From assembly GCA_010909165.1 (NCBI GenBank), contig VJWM01000390.1, forward strand, positions 1-23,995: a DNA stretch of 23,995 nt, in the 5' to 3' direction. The DNA is from Anthoceros angustus. Taxonomy: Eukaryota > Plantae > Anthocerotophyta. The notes beneath the pieces are model-generated. The model ran no database searches, had not been told where the DNA came from, and worked only from the letters and a program-made list of their open reading frames with translations. Positions 1 to 12,400 of the stretch are shown here, one piece after another; within the stretch, counting starts at the first letter, position 1; each line of letters starts with the position of its first letter. A program made the position numbers and the translations under genes.

Positions 1-552
1 TAGACGTTGCTCGTCTGGGGTTTTGGCAGGGCTGGGGTGTTGGACTGTTGTCACAGGGTTTGTTGCAGCGGCGCCTTCGTTGCTTTGCCATTGATCAAGT
101 TTATGGTGATAAAAGAAGAACGAGAGATATCCCGCGATGAGGAGACCGGTCGTCCAATTGTTCCAATTGCCGATGGCTTTATTCCGAGCGTCTACCTTCT
201 CTGGGTCGTAGCCGTCGCGGTTCTGGATCTCGCGGATGGTTTTGGAATGATGGCGAAAAGAAACTGTGTGCGATCGAAGGTTGACCAATATGGTCGCAGT
301 AAGTGACAACCACCGAAGTAAAGCAAGGCAGGCCGGAGCGAGTTAGTAACGGGATTATCTTGTCGATCAAGGCCAAGGTGACGCCGATCGCTCCTGCAGA
401 GATGGAGGTTACTTGCTTCTCGTACATCTCCTGCGACTTTTCATTCCTTTTCCCTAGGCTCTCGGCGAACTTGTCAAGCTGCCCCCAACCATTGTCACGA
501 TTCAGAGGTTCGGAACTGGCGATGGAAATCTTATGCTTTATGCCTTTGCATC
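1..552 (-). CDS. Hypothetical membrane protein (frameshifted; ends uncertain)
   Basis: Joined frames give ...QLDKFAESLGKRNEKSQEMYEKQVTSISAGAIGVTLALIDKIIPL...DARNKAIGNWNNWTTGLLIAG...FITINL, i.e. a helical N-part plus hydrophobic segments. Core is track ORF 179..427. Confidence 0.45.
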
Positions 553-797
553 AGAGTTAAAATAATAAATACCGTCCCAGGTAAGGCCATAGGGGATGAG
601 CTGGGGATAAATAGGCTATAGGATTAAGATCCATTGAGGCTGGCTGAATGATTACGTCGGAATAGGAGTAAGTCTGATTTCTTGGGCCGGTTTGTCACTG
701 TCCCGTAACGGCAGTGACAGGTATAGCCCGTGATGCATTTACGGAATCCTTTTCGTAATGATACTGGTGTTGGATCGACACCTCACGGATTCTAGAG

Positions 798-1747
798 TCA
801 TCCGGACAGGTGATCTGAACCAATAAGCGTTAAACTTGCTCGGTGAAGGAATTTGAAGATGTAGGACAAGCTAGTAGAACTTTTCATTTTCAATTGAGGC
901 TGTATGGCTCCATAATATGTGAGTACCCAAGGGCGTGTTAACCCAGCCGCCAATTTAGTTGGCGTCAATCCGCGAGATTCTTCCAAAAATATTCTTTGCT
1001 TTCCGCAGTTGTTCTTCTTTCTTGAATAGACTAAGCACAGGCACCTTCTCTAATCGATTATATCTGGGAAAAACAGTGAAAAGCTGTCAATATTTGTGAA
1101 GGGGTTGTAACGATATCGTTTCGACAATGGATTGTTGCGGCCTGCCAGCTGAAAGGGCTCAAGTTGAAATGCAAAGTAATAGAAAAGTTGTTGGAGTAAA
1201 ACATCTTGTCTGAATTTCAACTTACTTGAATTTTTGATATCGACTAAACTGCTATCAAGTACTAGATCACTTTGGTTGAAGTAATAGCCGCTTGTTCCAT
1301 AATCGATTTCTATACTGGGTGCGATCACGGCAATTTGCGATTGAAGCAATTTGAAGTCGGTATTCTGTAGAAATCTCTGAAGATCTCATGGAGCCTGGCT
1401 TCCTTCACGGCATTTAAATAGATCGGTTAGCATGAACCGAATAAAATCCAGATCTATCTTCCTTGGTCACCTTGAATAATCGGCTGGATAATATTTTCGT
1501 CTATTTCCTTAATCCAAAGTCTTACTTCGATTTGGATCTCTGGGGCTACCGAATTGGCGATCGGGCATAACGTCGTCGACGACGTCAACCGATGTTTGAA
1601 ACGTCAGGTAACTCCAAGGGCTCCGTGCTATATGGAGGACCCTGTTGTTGTTGTAAACAATCACTTCAAGCCCTAGCGGATTTTTGCTGAGGCGGTTTGC
1701 AACCGACTTACAAATCAGATCAACAGTTAAATTAATTTTTCTTCCAT
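798..1747 (-). CDS. Hypothetical protein, about 310 aa, frameshifted
   Basis: ATG at 1747 (MEEKINLTVDLICKSVANRLSKNPLGLEVIVYNNNRVLHIARSPW...). Track ORFs 1050..1349 and 798..986 appear to continue it after single-base shifts. No family recognised. Confidence 0.4.
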
Positions 1748-1931
1748 TTTACAAATTATTGGAGTAGGCTGAAATTTTAGTACCACTACCATATCTGGGA
1801 TGCTGCCGAGCATCAGTTTAAATCGTTGTGTATCCACCACCTGAATTTCATCCAAGCTACTTAAAAGTAGTATCTAAAAGGTGTACCATATGAGGGTAAT
1901 CTATGAGTAGCCAGCGGCCTTACTTTAATTT

Positions 1932-2185
1932 ATGAAATCCAAGGGCTGCAGTCTGACAGGTCAGAAACAGATGATGAAGTTTTGCTTCGTAAGATGGGCG
2001 AGCAATTCGCACTTCGCATCAAAAAGGCTATTCCTCTTATGAATACTTCGCTTACGAACATAATATTTCTCGTGCCCAATTCAGGAGATATGAAAGGGGC
2101 AGGACTTAAGGATTTCAACATTGGCAAGAATCGTTCGCGCCTTTGGAATGTCCCTGCAGGAGTTTTTTCGGAAGGTTTCGAATAA
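1932..2185 (+). CDS. XRE-family helix-turn-helix regulator
   Basis: Reconstruction across several indels: ...DDEVLLRKMGEQFRTLRIKKGYSSYEYFAYEHNISRAQFRRYERGQDLRISTLARIVRAFGMSLQEFFSEGFE*, a typical Bacteroidota XRE. Confidence 0.8.
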
Positions 2186-2652
2186 TGGAGCCGCGACTTT
2201 AATGACGCCCGCATATGCGGCTCATGTTCCTCCTAACTGGAATAGCTTCAGGACCGCATTGCCGGGGATGCTGAATACCCAGCCCATTTTATTTCAATGG
2301 CGAGTCGGTAATGGTTTTCGAAGTTATCGAGAAGGTTTGTTCTCAAGGGCAAATGCTTTTTGATAACGACGTCCAATGGTATGATGATTCCATCCCGGGT
2401 CAAAGAGAATTTCGGAAAATTTTAGATTCGATGCTCTGCACGCGGGGCCGCGGGCGTCGGTATGCCTTAATAACAATTCGCACTTTCCTATTCCTGTGTG
2501 GTAGGACTTACGAACTCTGCAGCATGGCGCGGAACTGGTCGAATCCGGTGATGATAGCACGGTTTATCATGATGGCTTTATTGCGCCGGCTTCTTTATTG
2601 GGCGGAGCCCGACCGAAGACGTGTAGTTTTGATAGATTTCATATATTACTAA
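2185..2652 (+). CDS. Hypothetical protein downstream of the XRE gene
   Basis: ATG overlaps the XRE stop (TAATG at 2183-2187). Track ORF 2311..2652 supplies the C-terminal 113 aa. No family recognised. Confidence 0.35.
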
Positions 2653-2664
2653 AAATTAACTGCT

Positions 2665-2981
2665 ATGGCTAAATGGGCTGATTACATCATTACTGGAATT
2701 TGGACCTCTGACGGTCATATCTCCACGTTTCGCTTCATCCAGATGATGGCGAAAGCGATCTTTCGATGGGTCAAAAAGAACCGGGGCATACGCCATTGCT
2801 CTAATAAAGTCAGGGCGAACCGTTGTAACAGGTAAGTGGAATTATAACACAGGCAAATGGGTGAAGGGAGGTGGTGAGTTGGTTTACTCGGAACGGTGTC
2901 GAATATTTGCGCACCCATCCAGACGAAGGCGTGGCCGATAATCTTGGGATGATGTTGAATATGGGCAACTTCCCGAGTTAA
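2665..2981 (+). CDS. DUF3892 domain protein
   Basis: MAKWADYIITGIW...HVSLHPDDGE...AIALIKSGRTVVTGKWNYNTGKWVKG...NGVEYLRTHPDEGVADNLGMML matches the DUF3892 pattern (MAKWADY, YxxT, DNL). Confidence 0.75.
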
Positions 2982-3109
2982 GTTTCAATTCCTTTTGGTT
3001 TTCGACGTCTACTCAATGGCTTTGCCGCAACTTTGGGCGGTACTTAAAAGCGGCCTTTATGTGTCGGCTGCCGCAGGAGCCGACATAGCCGGTTGCCCGA
3101 ACTTTTCAC

Positions 3110-3387
3110 CATGAACGATTAGGTCGACAAGGCTAGACCTACAAAGCTCCCAACAGGCAGTTGTAAGACGTGTGCATTCAAGGAGGTCAACCTACGATAT
3201 ATCGTAGCTTTTCGACTAAGGAAGGGTCATGGAAAACCGCGGTGGGGCGAGAGAAGGACTCGAAATTTCCCGAGTTTCACAACAGCTCGTGCTGATAATC
3301 AATTGCTTTAACGCCTTCAATAGCAATATATCTTCCTGAAGGCGGTTCGATAATTGTCCGTTGTTCTCCACATCAGTGTATGATCGC
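3110..3387. repeat. Module M0 (most diverged copy of the ~240 bp att-like module)
   Basis: Right end 3342-3374 is 32/33 identical to M3 15175-15207. Perfect palindrome CTACGATATATCGTAG at 3192-3207. Degenerate left end. Confidence 0.8.
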
Positions 3388-3650
3388 TAATGTCGGAAAC
3401 AAAGAACACAAAAGGATTGCTTACATCGCTTAACTGCCTACAATCGACGAAGGCGACCTGCGATGTATGGTAGATATCTGGATTAAAAAGTTGCCCGGCA
3501 GCGGGGGCTGATAGGCTATTGGAGGACAATTACTACAGAGCTAATCAGTAATTTCTTTGATTATCAATGCAGGAAGTTGGTTGGAAGGCCTATGTCTTCA
3601 TCTAGGCGGTTCAATAATTTTCCACCGTTATCCCCATCAGGGTACGACTC
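3377..3650. repeat. Module M1
   Basis: Left end TAATGTCGGAAAC..., CTGCCTACAATCGA, CTGCGATGTATGGTAG (3458-3473), TTGATTATCAATG, right end GGTTCAA-16-TC-11-ACGACTC. Confidence 0.9.
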
Positions 3651-3675
3651 AATTCGTATCGTAAAAAATGTATTA

Positions 3676-3698
3676 AATACCGTTAGTAATACGGTATT
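3676..3698. promoter_or_regulatory. Inverted repeat AATACCGT-N7-ACGGTATT, possible operator
   Basis: Perfect 8 bp inverted repeat just upstream of the first RHS-locus gene. Function is inferred from position only. Confidence 0.3.
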
Positions 3699-3703
3699 GA
3701 AGT

Positions 3704-5125
3704 ATGGACCGACTTCTTCAATTTTAATACACCAAAACGAAACCTTATCAAACTGCTTCCCTTTCAAATCACCCTTTTTTTCTTCTGGTTACCGGAACGC
3801 TATCGGCACAAGAAGGTAGTCGTTTGGATACGGCACTTGCCGTACAGGAAATGGCTGGCAGGTTTGCAACAGAAGGCGGAAAAAGCCCACCGCAACCTAG
3901 AAAAGGCTACAGACGGGTATTTAACGCGGTTGCAGCGGAGGGAGGAAAAGCTCAAGCGAAAACTTTGGAAGAAGGACTCTGCAGAAGCCAACCGGGTGTT
4001 CGGTGATGTCGCGGCTCGGTACGATGGGCTTAAATCTACTTCAGGAGGTTCGTCCTTATCAATCTCTTTATTCTGGGCACTGGACTCTATCACTACCTCG
4101 TTGTCGTTTATTCAGCGGGCCGGCAATGCCGATTCTTCACTTACATTGAACCAGTACAAGACGCTCCGGGGCGCTTTAACTCCTCCTCCCGGGTCCGACG
4201 GCAGCTTCAGGAACGGCAGCGGCATTTAAAAGCCGAATTGGAAAAGCTGGGGATGGTACAGGCGCTCCGCGGGCTCCAAAAGACGTTTATTACTACTCAG
4301 CGCAGGTACAACAGCTAAAGTCGGATCTGGAGCATCCAGACCGTCTGGCCCAGCGGCTAATTAATCTGGCCATGAAGCAGCCGTCGTTCCGGGCCTTTTC
4401 CGTAAGTACTCGCTTTTGGGAACACTGTTTGCCCTGCAGTGAATCGCCTGACCCAGCGTCGTTGGCTGGTTTGCAGACCCGGTCGTCCATCTGCTCCAAA
4501 CGCAGTTTGGTCAGGGCTCAGGAGTAACTTCCGCGCTCCAACAAAACATGGGTGCGGCACAAAGTCAGTTGGCAACCCTCCGAAGCCGAGCACAAGGTCT
4601 TCAGACCGGTAGCTGGCAAAATGGGGATGCGGAAGCTCCTTCTTTTAAGCCCAATACGCAGAAGACCCGGTCGTTTCTGGACCGGCTGGAGCTGGGCTTC
4701 AATGTCCAGTCCCAACGAGCACGGTACTTTCCCGGTGACCTCCGACGGCGTTCTCCTTGGGCTATAAGTTGAACGACCGGTCGATTCTAGGCATCAGCGC
4801 CTCCTATAAGATAGGCTGGGGCAGGAGCTGGGAAGCGCTGTCCGTTACCCATCAAGGCATTGGCCTTCGCAGTTACTTGGATTGGAAGATCAAGGACCAG
4901 ATCTACGCGACTGGCGGATATGAGCTGAACTACCGACATGCGATCAAAATGTGGACCAGTTAAAGGATTTTTCTGCGGCAATCATCTGGACTTATTGGGC
5001 TATCCAAGCGCTACAAGCTGGGCAAAGTGAATGGCGAAATGAAGCTGATGTGGGACTTCCTCAGTCATCGGCAGGTGCCCAGAACGCAAACATTTGTCTA
5101 CCGGATCGGATATCAAATAAAATAA
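3704..5125 (+). CDS. Exported protein: coiled-coil N-terminus plus beta-strand-rich (putative outer-membrane barrel) C-terminus; first gene of the RHS locus
   Basis: Signal peptide ...FFLLVTGTLSA/Q; helical LQQKAEKAHRNLEK...REEKLKRKLWKKDS; C-part RLELGFNVQSQ...SLGYKLNDRSILGISASYKIGWG...GIGLRSYLDWKIK...YATGGYELNY...FVYRIGYQIK*. Many frameshifts. Confidence 0.7.
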
Positions 5126-5148
5126 GGACTAAAACAGGATTACTACAT

Positions 5149-8100
5149 ATGATTCGAAAATTGCATGTCTTGGTTGTGTTTCTTGGATTTCTGGGGCAAT
5201 ATGCAAGCGCGCAGGCGGAATTGAAGAACATTACACCATTGAGTCCAAATGCAGCTGCAATCGAACGCTACGGCGAGGTACCAGTGAGTTATTTCACGGT
5301 ATCCCAAACATTTCGATACCGCTTTATACGGTGAGTGGACGTTCCCTTCAGTTGCCGCTCAGTTTATCGTACCATGCCGGCGGCAACAAAGTTGAGGACA
5401 ATGCCTCATGGGTAGGACTTGGCTGGTCGCTCAATTCATTGCCGGTGATTAATCGGTCTATCCGCGGGCTTGCAGATGAGGGAGTAGGTGGGTTTTCTCT
5501 GGAAGTCCGGTAAAACAAGTTTACGATAATCGATTTACGACAAGTGGACAAAGTGACTACAATAACTTTCTATGGGACGTTCGTAACGGTAATGTGGATC
5601 CGGAAGCGGACATACATATAGTCTACTTGGAAAAGCGGGAAGTTCTTTTTCAATCAATCCACTCAGAACTTTCAAACTACACCATATGATAATATCAAAA
5701 TAGAATGGCTAGGAAATGGCTTTAGAATAACAAACGATGATGGCGTTGTCTACAATTTCACTATTTCCGAATCGACAGTCAATAATTCAAATTTAAGTGA
5801 GTCGATTGGGTCTTGGTGGGTAACGAAAATCATTAACGCTAATAAAACCGATAGCATTCTTATAGATTATAACATTGAGGTGGAGTCTTACACCACTGTC
5901 CCCTCAGTTACCAAAGTATTTTTATCAGTGGTGATGGTAATTGTGTCCCAAATCCGAATACACTAGCCTACCAAGCAGTTGTATCAAATTTATCCGTTTC
6001 ATCCGTCAAACCCAATCGAATAACCTTTCATAACGGCTATGTTCAGTTCGTGCCGCAAACAACTGTGCGACCCGACCTAACCGGAAGTCACGCGCTAGAT
6101 CGGGTAGACATCTTTAATTACCGAAATGAACTGGTGAAACGATTAAAACTCTTGAAACGGTTGATGGTGGTTGCGGTACCGCGGACTGCAAGCGGATTTT
6201 CCTGAAATCCGTGGAACAGCATGATCCGGTAGGTATCGTTGGCGCCGTGTATTCTTTGCAATATGAGGACGGTATCGCTGTTCCAAGTAGGCTGTCTAAA
6301 GCGCAAGATTATTGGGGATACCATAATGGCCAAAATCAAAACCAAGACTTGGTACCGAGCATATTTTATCAATATTCCGGCACTGACAAACGCAAGCTAC
6401 GAGCAGATAGGAGTGTGAATCCTCAATTTACCCAATGGGGTGTTTTGAAGCGTCTAACCTATCCGACCGGGGTGCCACTTTGTTTGAGTATGAGAACAAC
6501 TGGGTCAGCGACTCGTCGCTTCCCATTAAGACAAGGATACTTCTGATTTATTACAATGGGGTGAGTCAAGGTAGTCACGCTGTATATGAACGATACTTTA
6601 CAGTGGATGTGCCGCTGATCCCGATATAAACGATAATCAAGGGAGCTTATGCTGATATTCAAATCAGCAACATCGGATGCGACTTGAGTGGGGAGCCAAT
6701 CTCTGCGCCAACCATCACAGTGGGTACGAACTATGGTTCTGGGTCCATTTTGGGAAATATATCAGGTCTGTATATTCCTAATGGTACGTACAAGATGACA
6801 GCTGAGTTCAATCAAGATCCGGCTGCGTACACCTATTTTAATTTTTGGTTTCTTGGAAAAAGCCGATAGTGCTTATGTCTCCAATCGTCTTGCGGGTGGG
6901 CTGAGGATAAAGAAGATAACGAATTTGGACAATGTGACGGACGTAAATTCCGTCCAGAGTTCAAATATGTAGAGGATCCGGTATCTAATGTGTCATCCGG
7001 AAAGGTACTCGGAGCCGCGTATTTCAACTTCGCTGAGCATTTTATGTATAAAAGTATGAATTGGTACAGATGGGTTCCTCAGAGTAGTAATAGTCTGTAA
7101 CTCCCAATGGCTACGACGCACGTCGACTTCTAATATTACTACAGTAAATTCCTCTGGAAGTTTTGTTGGTTATCGGATGGTTGAAGTGCTACAGGGTATT
7201 GGAGGAGTCAACGGAAGTCGCGTTTCGAGTTTATGCTAAATAAAGACCAAGTTAGTACTTCGTTTCCTTATCCACCCCGCATTCTCGTGAGCAAAGAAGG
7301 GACAGCTACTGATGCAATCCGACTTTCGAAAAGCTGGCTCTGCGTTTATCCCAGTACGGCGGCTAACTAACTCTTACGCACTGCATTATAACTCTGTTAT
7401 CGGTGCACCTTCCTATGGTTTGAAGATAGCAACGAAGGATATTTATGGCAAAATAGGATTTTCCCGCAGCAATTGGCTTACCTCAATGATGTGCCTGTAC
7501 AGTATGTTTCGGAATATGACACGCAGACTGATTTGTCCTTGCTAAAACTTACGAAAAGGTCTATAGTTCATCAGATACAAATTCTGTATTGATAACCACT
7601 AAAGAATATACCTATCAAAGTCCAACGGCGTATTTGAGCCGAGGCTAAAGCCTATCAGAGTAATGGGAAGATTACAACAACTGATTATTTCTATCCAAGC
7701 GATTTGGCTTTAACTGGTGACGCGGAAGTGGCCGGGCTGAAGTTGGTTACTAAAAATCAGTTGTCAGAGGCGATTCGCACAGTAGATAAGGTAGGCACTA
7801 CACAGATAAAGGCCCTGCAGAAAGATTTTAAAGCACTTACGTCCACCCAGGTTGAGCCGGTGAGCATTCAGGTGCAAACGGAAAGTGGCCCCAATGAGGT
7901 GCGTGTCCAATTCAGGCTTCGATCAAAGCGGTAATCTTCAAGAGCAATATAAATCAGGAGACATTCACCAATCTTATATCTACGATTACAATCGTTCCTA
8001 TCCGATCGCCGAGGTTTTAAATGCAGATAGCTCTTCAGTTGCCTATACATCTTTCGAGGCGGAAGGAAACGGAGGCTGGTAGAATTCCGCCCGCAAATGT

Positions 8101-9086
8101 CCAGTACTTTGGTGGCGTCGCAGGAAGCAGATTTTCATTGGTAATAGCTTCTCAATAAGCAAATCTTCTTTAAGCGCTTCGACAACGTATGTTGTTAGCT
8201 ACTGGACGAAGAACCCGGCTGCATATTCGGTTAGTGGCACAATGTCCGGTTGGCCTAAGTTATTGAATTCAGTTTGCGGTTGGAGGATACTTGGCGCCTG
8301 TTTGAGCATCAGGTAGTTGGGCAAACTACAATTTCAGTGACCGGGTCAGGTTCACTTGATGAGTTGCAGCTCTTCCCAAAAGGAGCCATGATGACTACGT
8401 ATGCTTTTCAGCCGTTGGTGGGTATGACCGTTCAGGTGGACCCGAAAATCAAATTTCTTATTTTACTTACGACGGATTTGGTCGATTATTGTTGATAAAG
8501 GATCAGAAAGGAAATATACTGAAGAAAAACTGCTATGGTTATGCAGGCCAGCAGGCAAGCTGTGAATTGGTCGGTAATGCGGCACAGTCTCAGTCGTTCT
8601 CTAGTACTTGTCCAGCAGGATTTGCTGGTGGCGGTGCAGTATTCGGTCCCTGCGAATACATATTATGCAGCTACACAAGCAGAGGCAAATCTTCGAGCCC
8701 AGCTGATTTGAATGCTAATGGGCAATCGTACGCAAACTCCCATGCGACATGTGCCGACCTCGATATATGCGCGGCTGTCGTTGGAGAATATGGCTTTCAA
8801 CGGGTCCACAACAACAGCAGACGTAGTCGTGCGTTTCTATTCGGATGCAGCCGGAACTAATCCCATTAGTGTTAGTGGTTTGTCTTTGAGTTATCAAAGT
8901 GCCAATTCTTGCGGAGGAACCAATAATTATGGGCAGTCTTGTACGGGTTCTAGTAAGATACTTATAAGCGGAGCGACTGTCTCATATGACGATTATACAT
9001 TTGACGAGTGGAACAATATGGTGGTGACCACGTGCACCATTAATTACCAACTTAATTCTTCTCAAAACTACACCATTATTAACTAG
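5149..9086 (+). CDS. Large secreted YD/RHS-associated protein with TcB/SpvB-like N-terminus and C-terminal DUF5977
   Basis: Signal peptide MIRKLHVLVVFLGFLGQYASA/Q; PLSPNAAAIERYGEVPVSYFTGIPNISIPLY...LPLSLSYHAGG...VGLGWSL; LKRLTYPTG; TTYAFQPLVGMT...YDGFGRLLLIKDQKGNILKK; DUF5977-type ...ADLNANGQSYANSHATC; terminal beta-rich domain ending NYTIIN*. Confidence 0.75.
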
Positions 9087-9093
9087 ACTTACC

Positions 9094-9487
9094 ATGTATC
9101 GAGTTATAGCACTCTTACTTGGAATTATTTCCATTTCAGTCCCCTTGTCTGCTAAGTCCCAAAGTCAAGCTGCAGCCGGGCAAATAGGAGTCGCAACTGT
9201 TATCGAAGGAATTGACGTTGGATAGTTCACAAAGAGAAGCGGTCAAGACTAGAGCTTTAATTTACTATCAGCGGGTAGATTCCGTAAATAGTCAAATTGC
9301 GGACACGGCTATGAGGCGCCAGTTGCTTAGGTCCTCATTACAGCACTATCGTATGCAATTGCAAAACGTGTTGACTGAATCCCAGTTCACGGCTTATCGC
9401 GCCTTTATTCTTCAACGGAAGGAGTTGACAAGACAGCGACTGATGCAGCAAGGTGTACCCATTTCGGAACTTCCTGATGACTTCTAA
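9094..9487 (+). CDS. Small secreted helical protein
   Basis: Signal-like MYRVIALLLGIISISVPLSAKS/Q; one indel joins it to track ORF 9212..9487 (LTLDSSQREAVK...LQNVLTESQFTAY). Confidence 0.7.
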
Positions 9488-9495
9488 CTCATAGT

Positions 9496-12400
9496 ATGAA
9501 ATCAAAATATTTATGCCTCCGTTGGCCATTGCTGCCCATGTTGATGCTCTGTTGGACATGTGCTTTAGCGCAGCATCCATCGAGCTATCCTTCCTATGTG
9601 CAGGTCAATTTTGTGCGTAGCTGGGATAGCAAAGCTCCGCAGACAGACCCCAATAAAATTGTTTCACAGGCATCAATCGATAGTTTTTGATCACTACCCA
9701 ATATATAGACGGATTGGGTCGGCCGGTCCAAACAGTAGCTCGTCAGGCTACACCTCTGGGCCAAGACTTGGTGACGGCCATTGTCTGACGCCTTCGGGCG
9801 GGAAGCCCAAAAGTACTTACCCTTTGCAGCTAATGGCGCAGGGGTAATGCTTCGCTTGCTGATGGTACCTTTAAATTAAACCCTTCCAGCAGGCCGAAGC
9901 TTTTGCCACTACGCAGTACCGGGAGAGCCACATATATGGAAAGACACTGTTTGAGGCCTCGCCCGAGTCGGCCGCTGACTGTTTATGCGCCGGGCGATAA
10001 TTGGGCTGGAGTGAACAGAGGTGTCTCCAGGCTTATTTGATAAACACGGCTGCCGATGAGGTTCGGATCTGGAATGCGGGTTTGCAGGCATCCGACGTGC
10101 CAACGACAACAGCGATATATCCGGCAGGAGCATTGTACAAAAGTCTTGCAACGGATGAGTCGGGAAACGCCGTTATTGAGTATAAGGACAAGTCGGGTCA
10201 GGTAGTGCTGAAGAAAGTACAGGTGGGAGCGACGCCATCGGAAGGACATGGGGCTGGGCATGTACGTACTATATATATGATGATCTGGGCCGGCTTCGGT
10301 TTGTGCTGCAACCCAAAGCCGTTGAGATGTTAGTCAGTAGCAGAAGCTGGACGATCACTAGTGATATCCGCAATGGACTATGTTTTTACTATGGCTACGA
10401 TAGTAGGGGCGTATGACGATCAAAAAGTGCCTGATGCCGGCGAGGTATATATGGTTTATGACGCCCGCGACCGGCTGGTTTTAAGCCGGGATGCCAAGTT
10501 AAGGGTAGATGGAAAATGGATGGTAACCCTGTATGACGGGTTGAACCGACCCATAATGACAGGCCTTGCTGCCTCAGCCAGCCTCGGCTCCAAAACCTTC
10601 GGCCAGCATCTGATCGATGCCGCAGGTTCTTCGGCCTATCCCTTTACGGCTAGCAACGTGCCGTCGTCTGGCTGGGAAGAGCTGACCCAGACGGGCTACG
10701 ATGATTATGCGGGTGCCCGTCCGGTGCGCCGAGCTCGGTCTTCGGACACGACGCAGGTCACGAGCGCGAACTTTTTACCAACCACAATGCGGCTCCTTTT
10801 TTGTCCCCATGCGGTGGAGGCCAGCGCATGTACCCGCGGCCTGCCTACGGGCCGCGTAAAGGTCTTACTACTACCTCCACCTATCTGTATACCACCGATC
10901 TATGACGAAAGGGGCGAGAGATCCGGTAAAAGCACCAATATCACTGGTGGCACCGATGAGCTCACCCAGCAGTATGACTTTACCGGTAAGGTTCTCCGGA
11001 CCCACGGCGCACCCGGGGCGGTGGCACCCCAGAGACCTACCAGACCGGCGCGCAGTCACTATGATCCGGTGGGCCGGCCTACGGATCGCACGCCGGGTCA
11101 CGGGTGGCGGTATTACCGATACCACTTCGAAAGTCACTGTTGCGATGGCGTATGATGAGTTGGGACAATTGAAGCTCAAAAGCTGGCGCCATACTTTGTA
11201 ACGGGCCGGTCTGGAATCCTTGACCTACGAGTACAACATCCGGGGCTGGTTGTTGGGTATGAACCGCGCGTATGCCAAATCAGCTTCTTCGACCACCAAC
11301 TATTTTGGTTTTGAGCTGGGCTATGACAAAGCCTCAATCACCCCTTCAGGCGGTTCGTCCATCGGAAACTTCACCACACCGCAGTACAATGGCAATATTG
11401 CGGGGCGGTTTGGAAGTCAACCGGCGACGATCAGATTAGAAAATACGACTATACCTACGACCGGATGAACCGGCTTACCGGGGATTTAACCAGTTTACCG
11501 GTTCGGGGTTCAATAAAGATGCGGGCACGGACTTCAGTGTAAGTGGGGAACAGGGGCAAATTACTTACGATATCAACGGCAATATCCTGCGGATGAAGCA
11601 AATGGGCTGGAAAATAGCGGGTGGCACCGTGCCGATGGATATATGCTGTACGAATATGTACCCAACTCCAACCAGCTGAAATCCGTGACGGAGGCTTCCG
11701 GAAGCATCAGAGTACAAAATGGGTGATTTTACCGATAAATACACCGGAACCGATGGTGATTATGTCTATGACGTCAACGGCAGCATGACCGTGGATCGAA
11801 ACAAGAACATCAGTAGCATTGCTTATAATCACCTGAATCTGCCTTCGCAAATTGAGGTGACGGGCAAAGGAACGATCACCTACCTATGATGCGGCCAGCA
11901 CCAAACTTCGTAAGACGGTGGTAGAGGGCACTACGACCACCACCACCACTATATAGGCGGGTTTATGTACGAGGAAAAAGGCACCTCGGGTCCCGTTTTT
12001 ACAGTCCTTCGGTCATGAAGAAGGCCGGGTGCGGCCGCGTAGTCCTGCTACTGGTCAACTCACGGGTTTTGCCTATGACTACTTCGTAAAAGATCACACA
12101 GGTAATGTACGGATGACGCTGACCGACGAGCAGAAAACCGATACCTACAGCCACGATGGAAGAAAGTGCGGTGCGGTCGAAAATGCGCTCTTTGCCAATG
12201 TAGACCTCACCCGAGACGGTATCCCAATGGTTACGTTGCAGATACGGACGGCGAGTGGTTCAAAAGTCTCCAAACTTAATGGCTCTGGTCATAAAGTAGG
12301 GCCTGCTGTACTTCTCAAGGTCATGGCCGGTGATATCGTTAATATGCGGGCCTACAGCTGGTATACAACGCCTTCTCAAACGTTCGACCAGCCGGTCTCG

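Noticed and set aside
693-719. Hairpin TGTCACTG...CAGTGACA as a terminator
   Set aside because: No U-tract on either strand; function unsupported.
641-910. Possible fifth degenerate module (CTGAATGATTACGTCGGA resembles the M0 left end; a TC-CAT lies ~250 bp later)
   Set aside because: No peptide tails, CTACGAT palindrome or TTGATTATCAA box; spacing is 15 not 16; it overlaps a probable CDS end.
1570-1585. Perfect 16 bp palindrome ACGTCGTCGACGACGT
   Set aside because: Single occurrence inside a probable CDS (encodes DVVDDV); likely coincidental.
2185-2652. RelE/ParE-like toxin paired with the XRE gene
   Set aside because: Only the terminal RLLYW...VVLIDF pattern is suggestive, the protein is too long, and the frame is uncertain.
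3062-3085. Hairpin TGTCGGCT-N8-AGCCGACA as a terminator or REP
   Set aside because: No U-tract and no second copy in the window.
3342-3374. Intact tRNA genes at the module ends
   Set aside because: Only T-arm and acceptor-like 3' sequence is present, the loop is 5 nt too long, and there is no D or anticodon arm.
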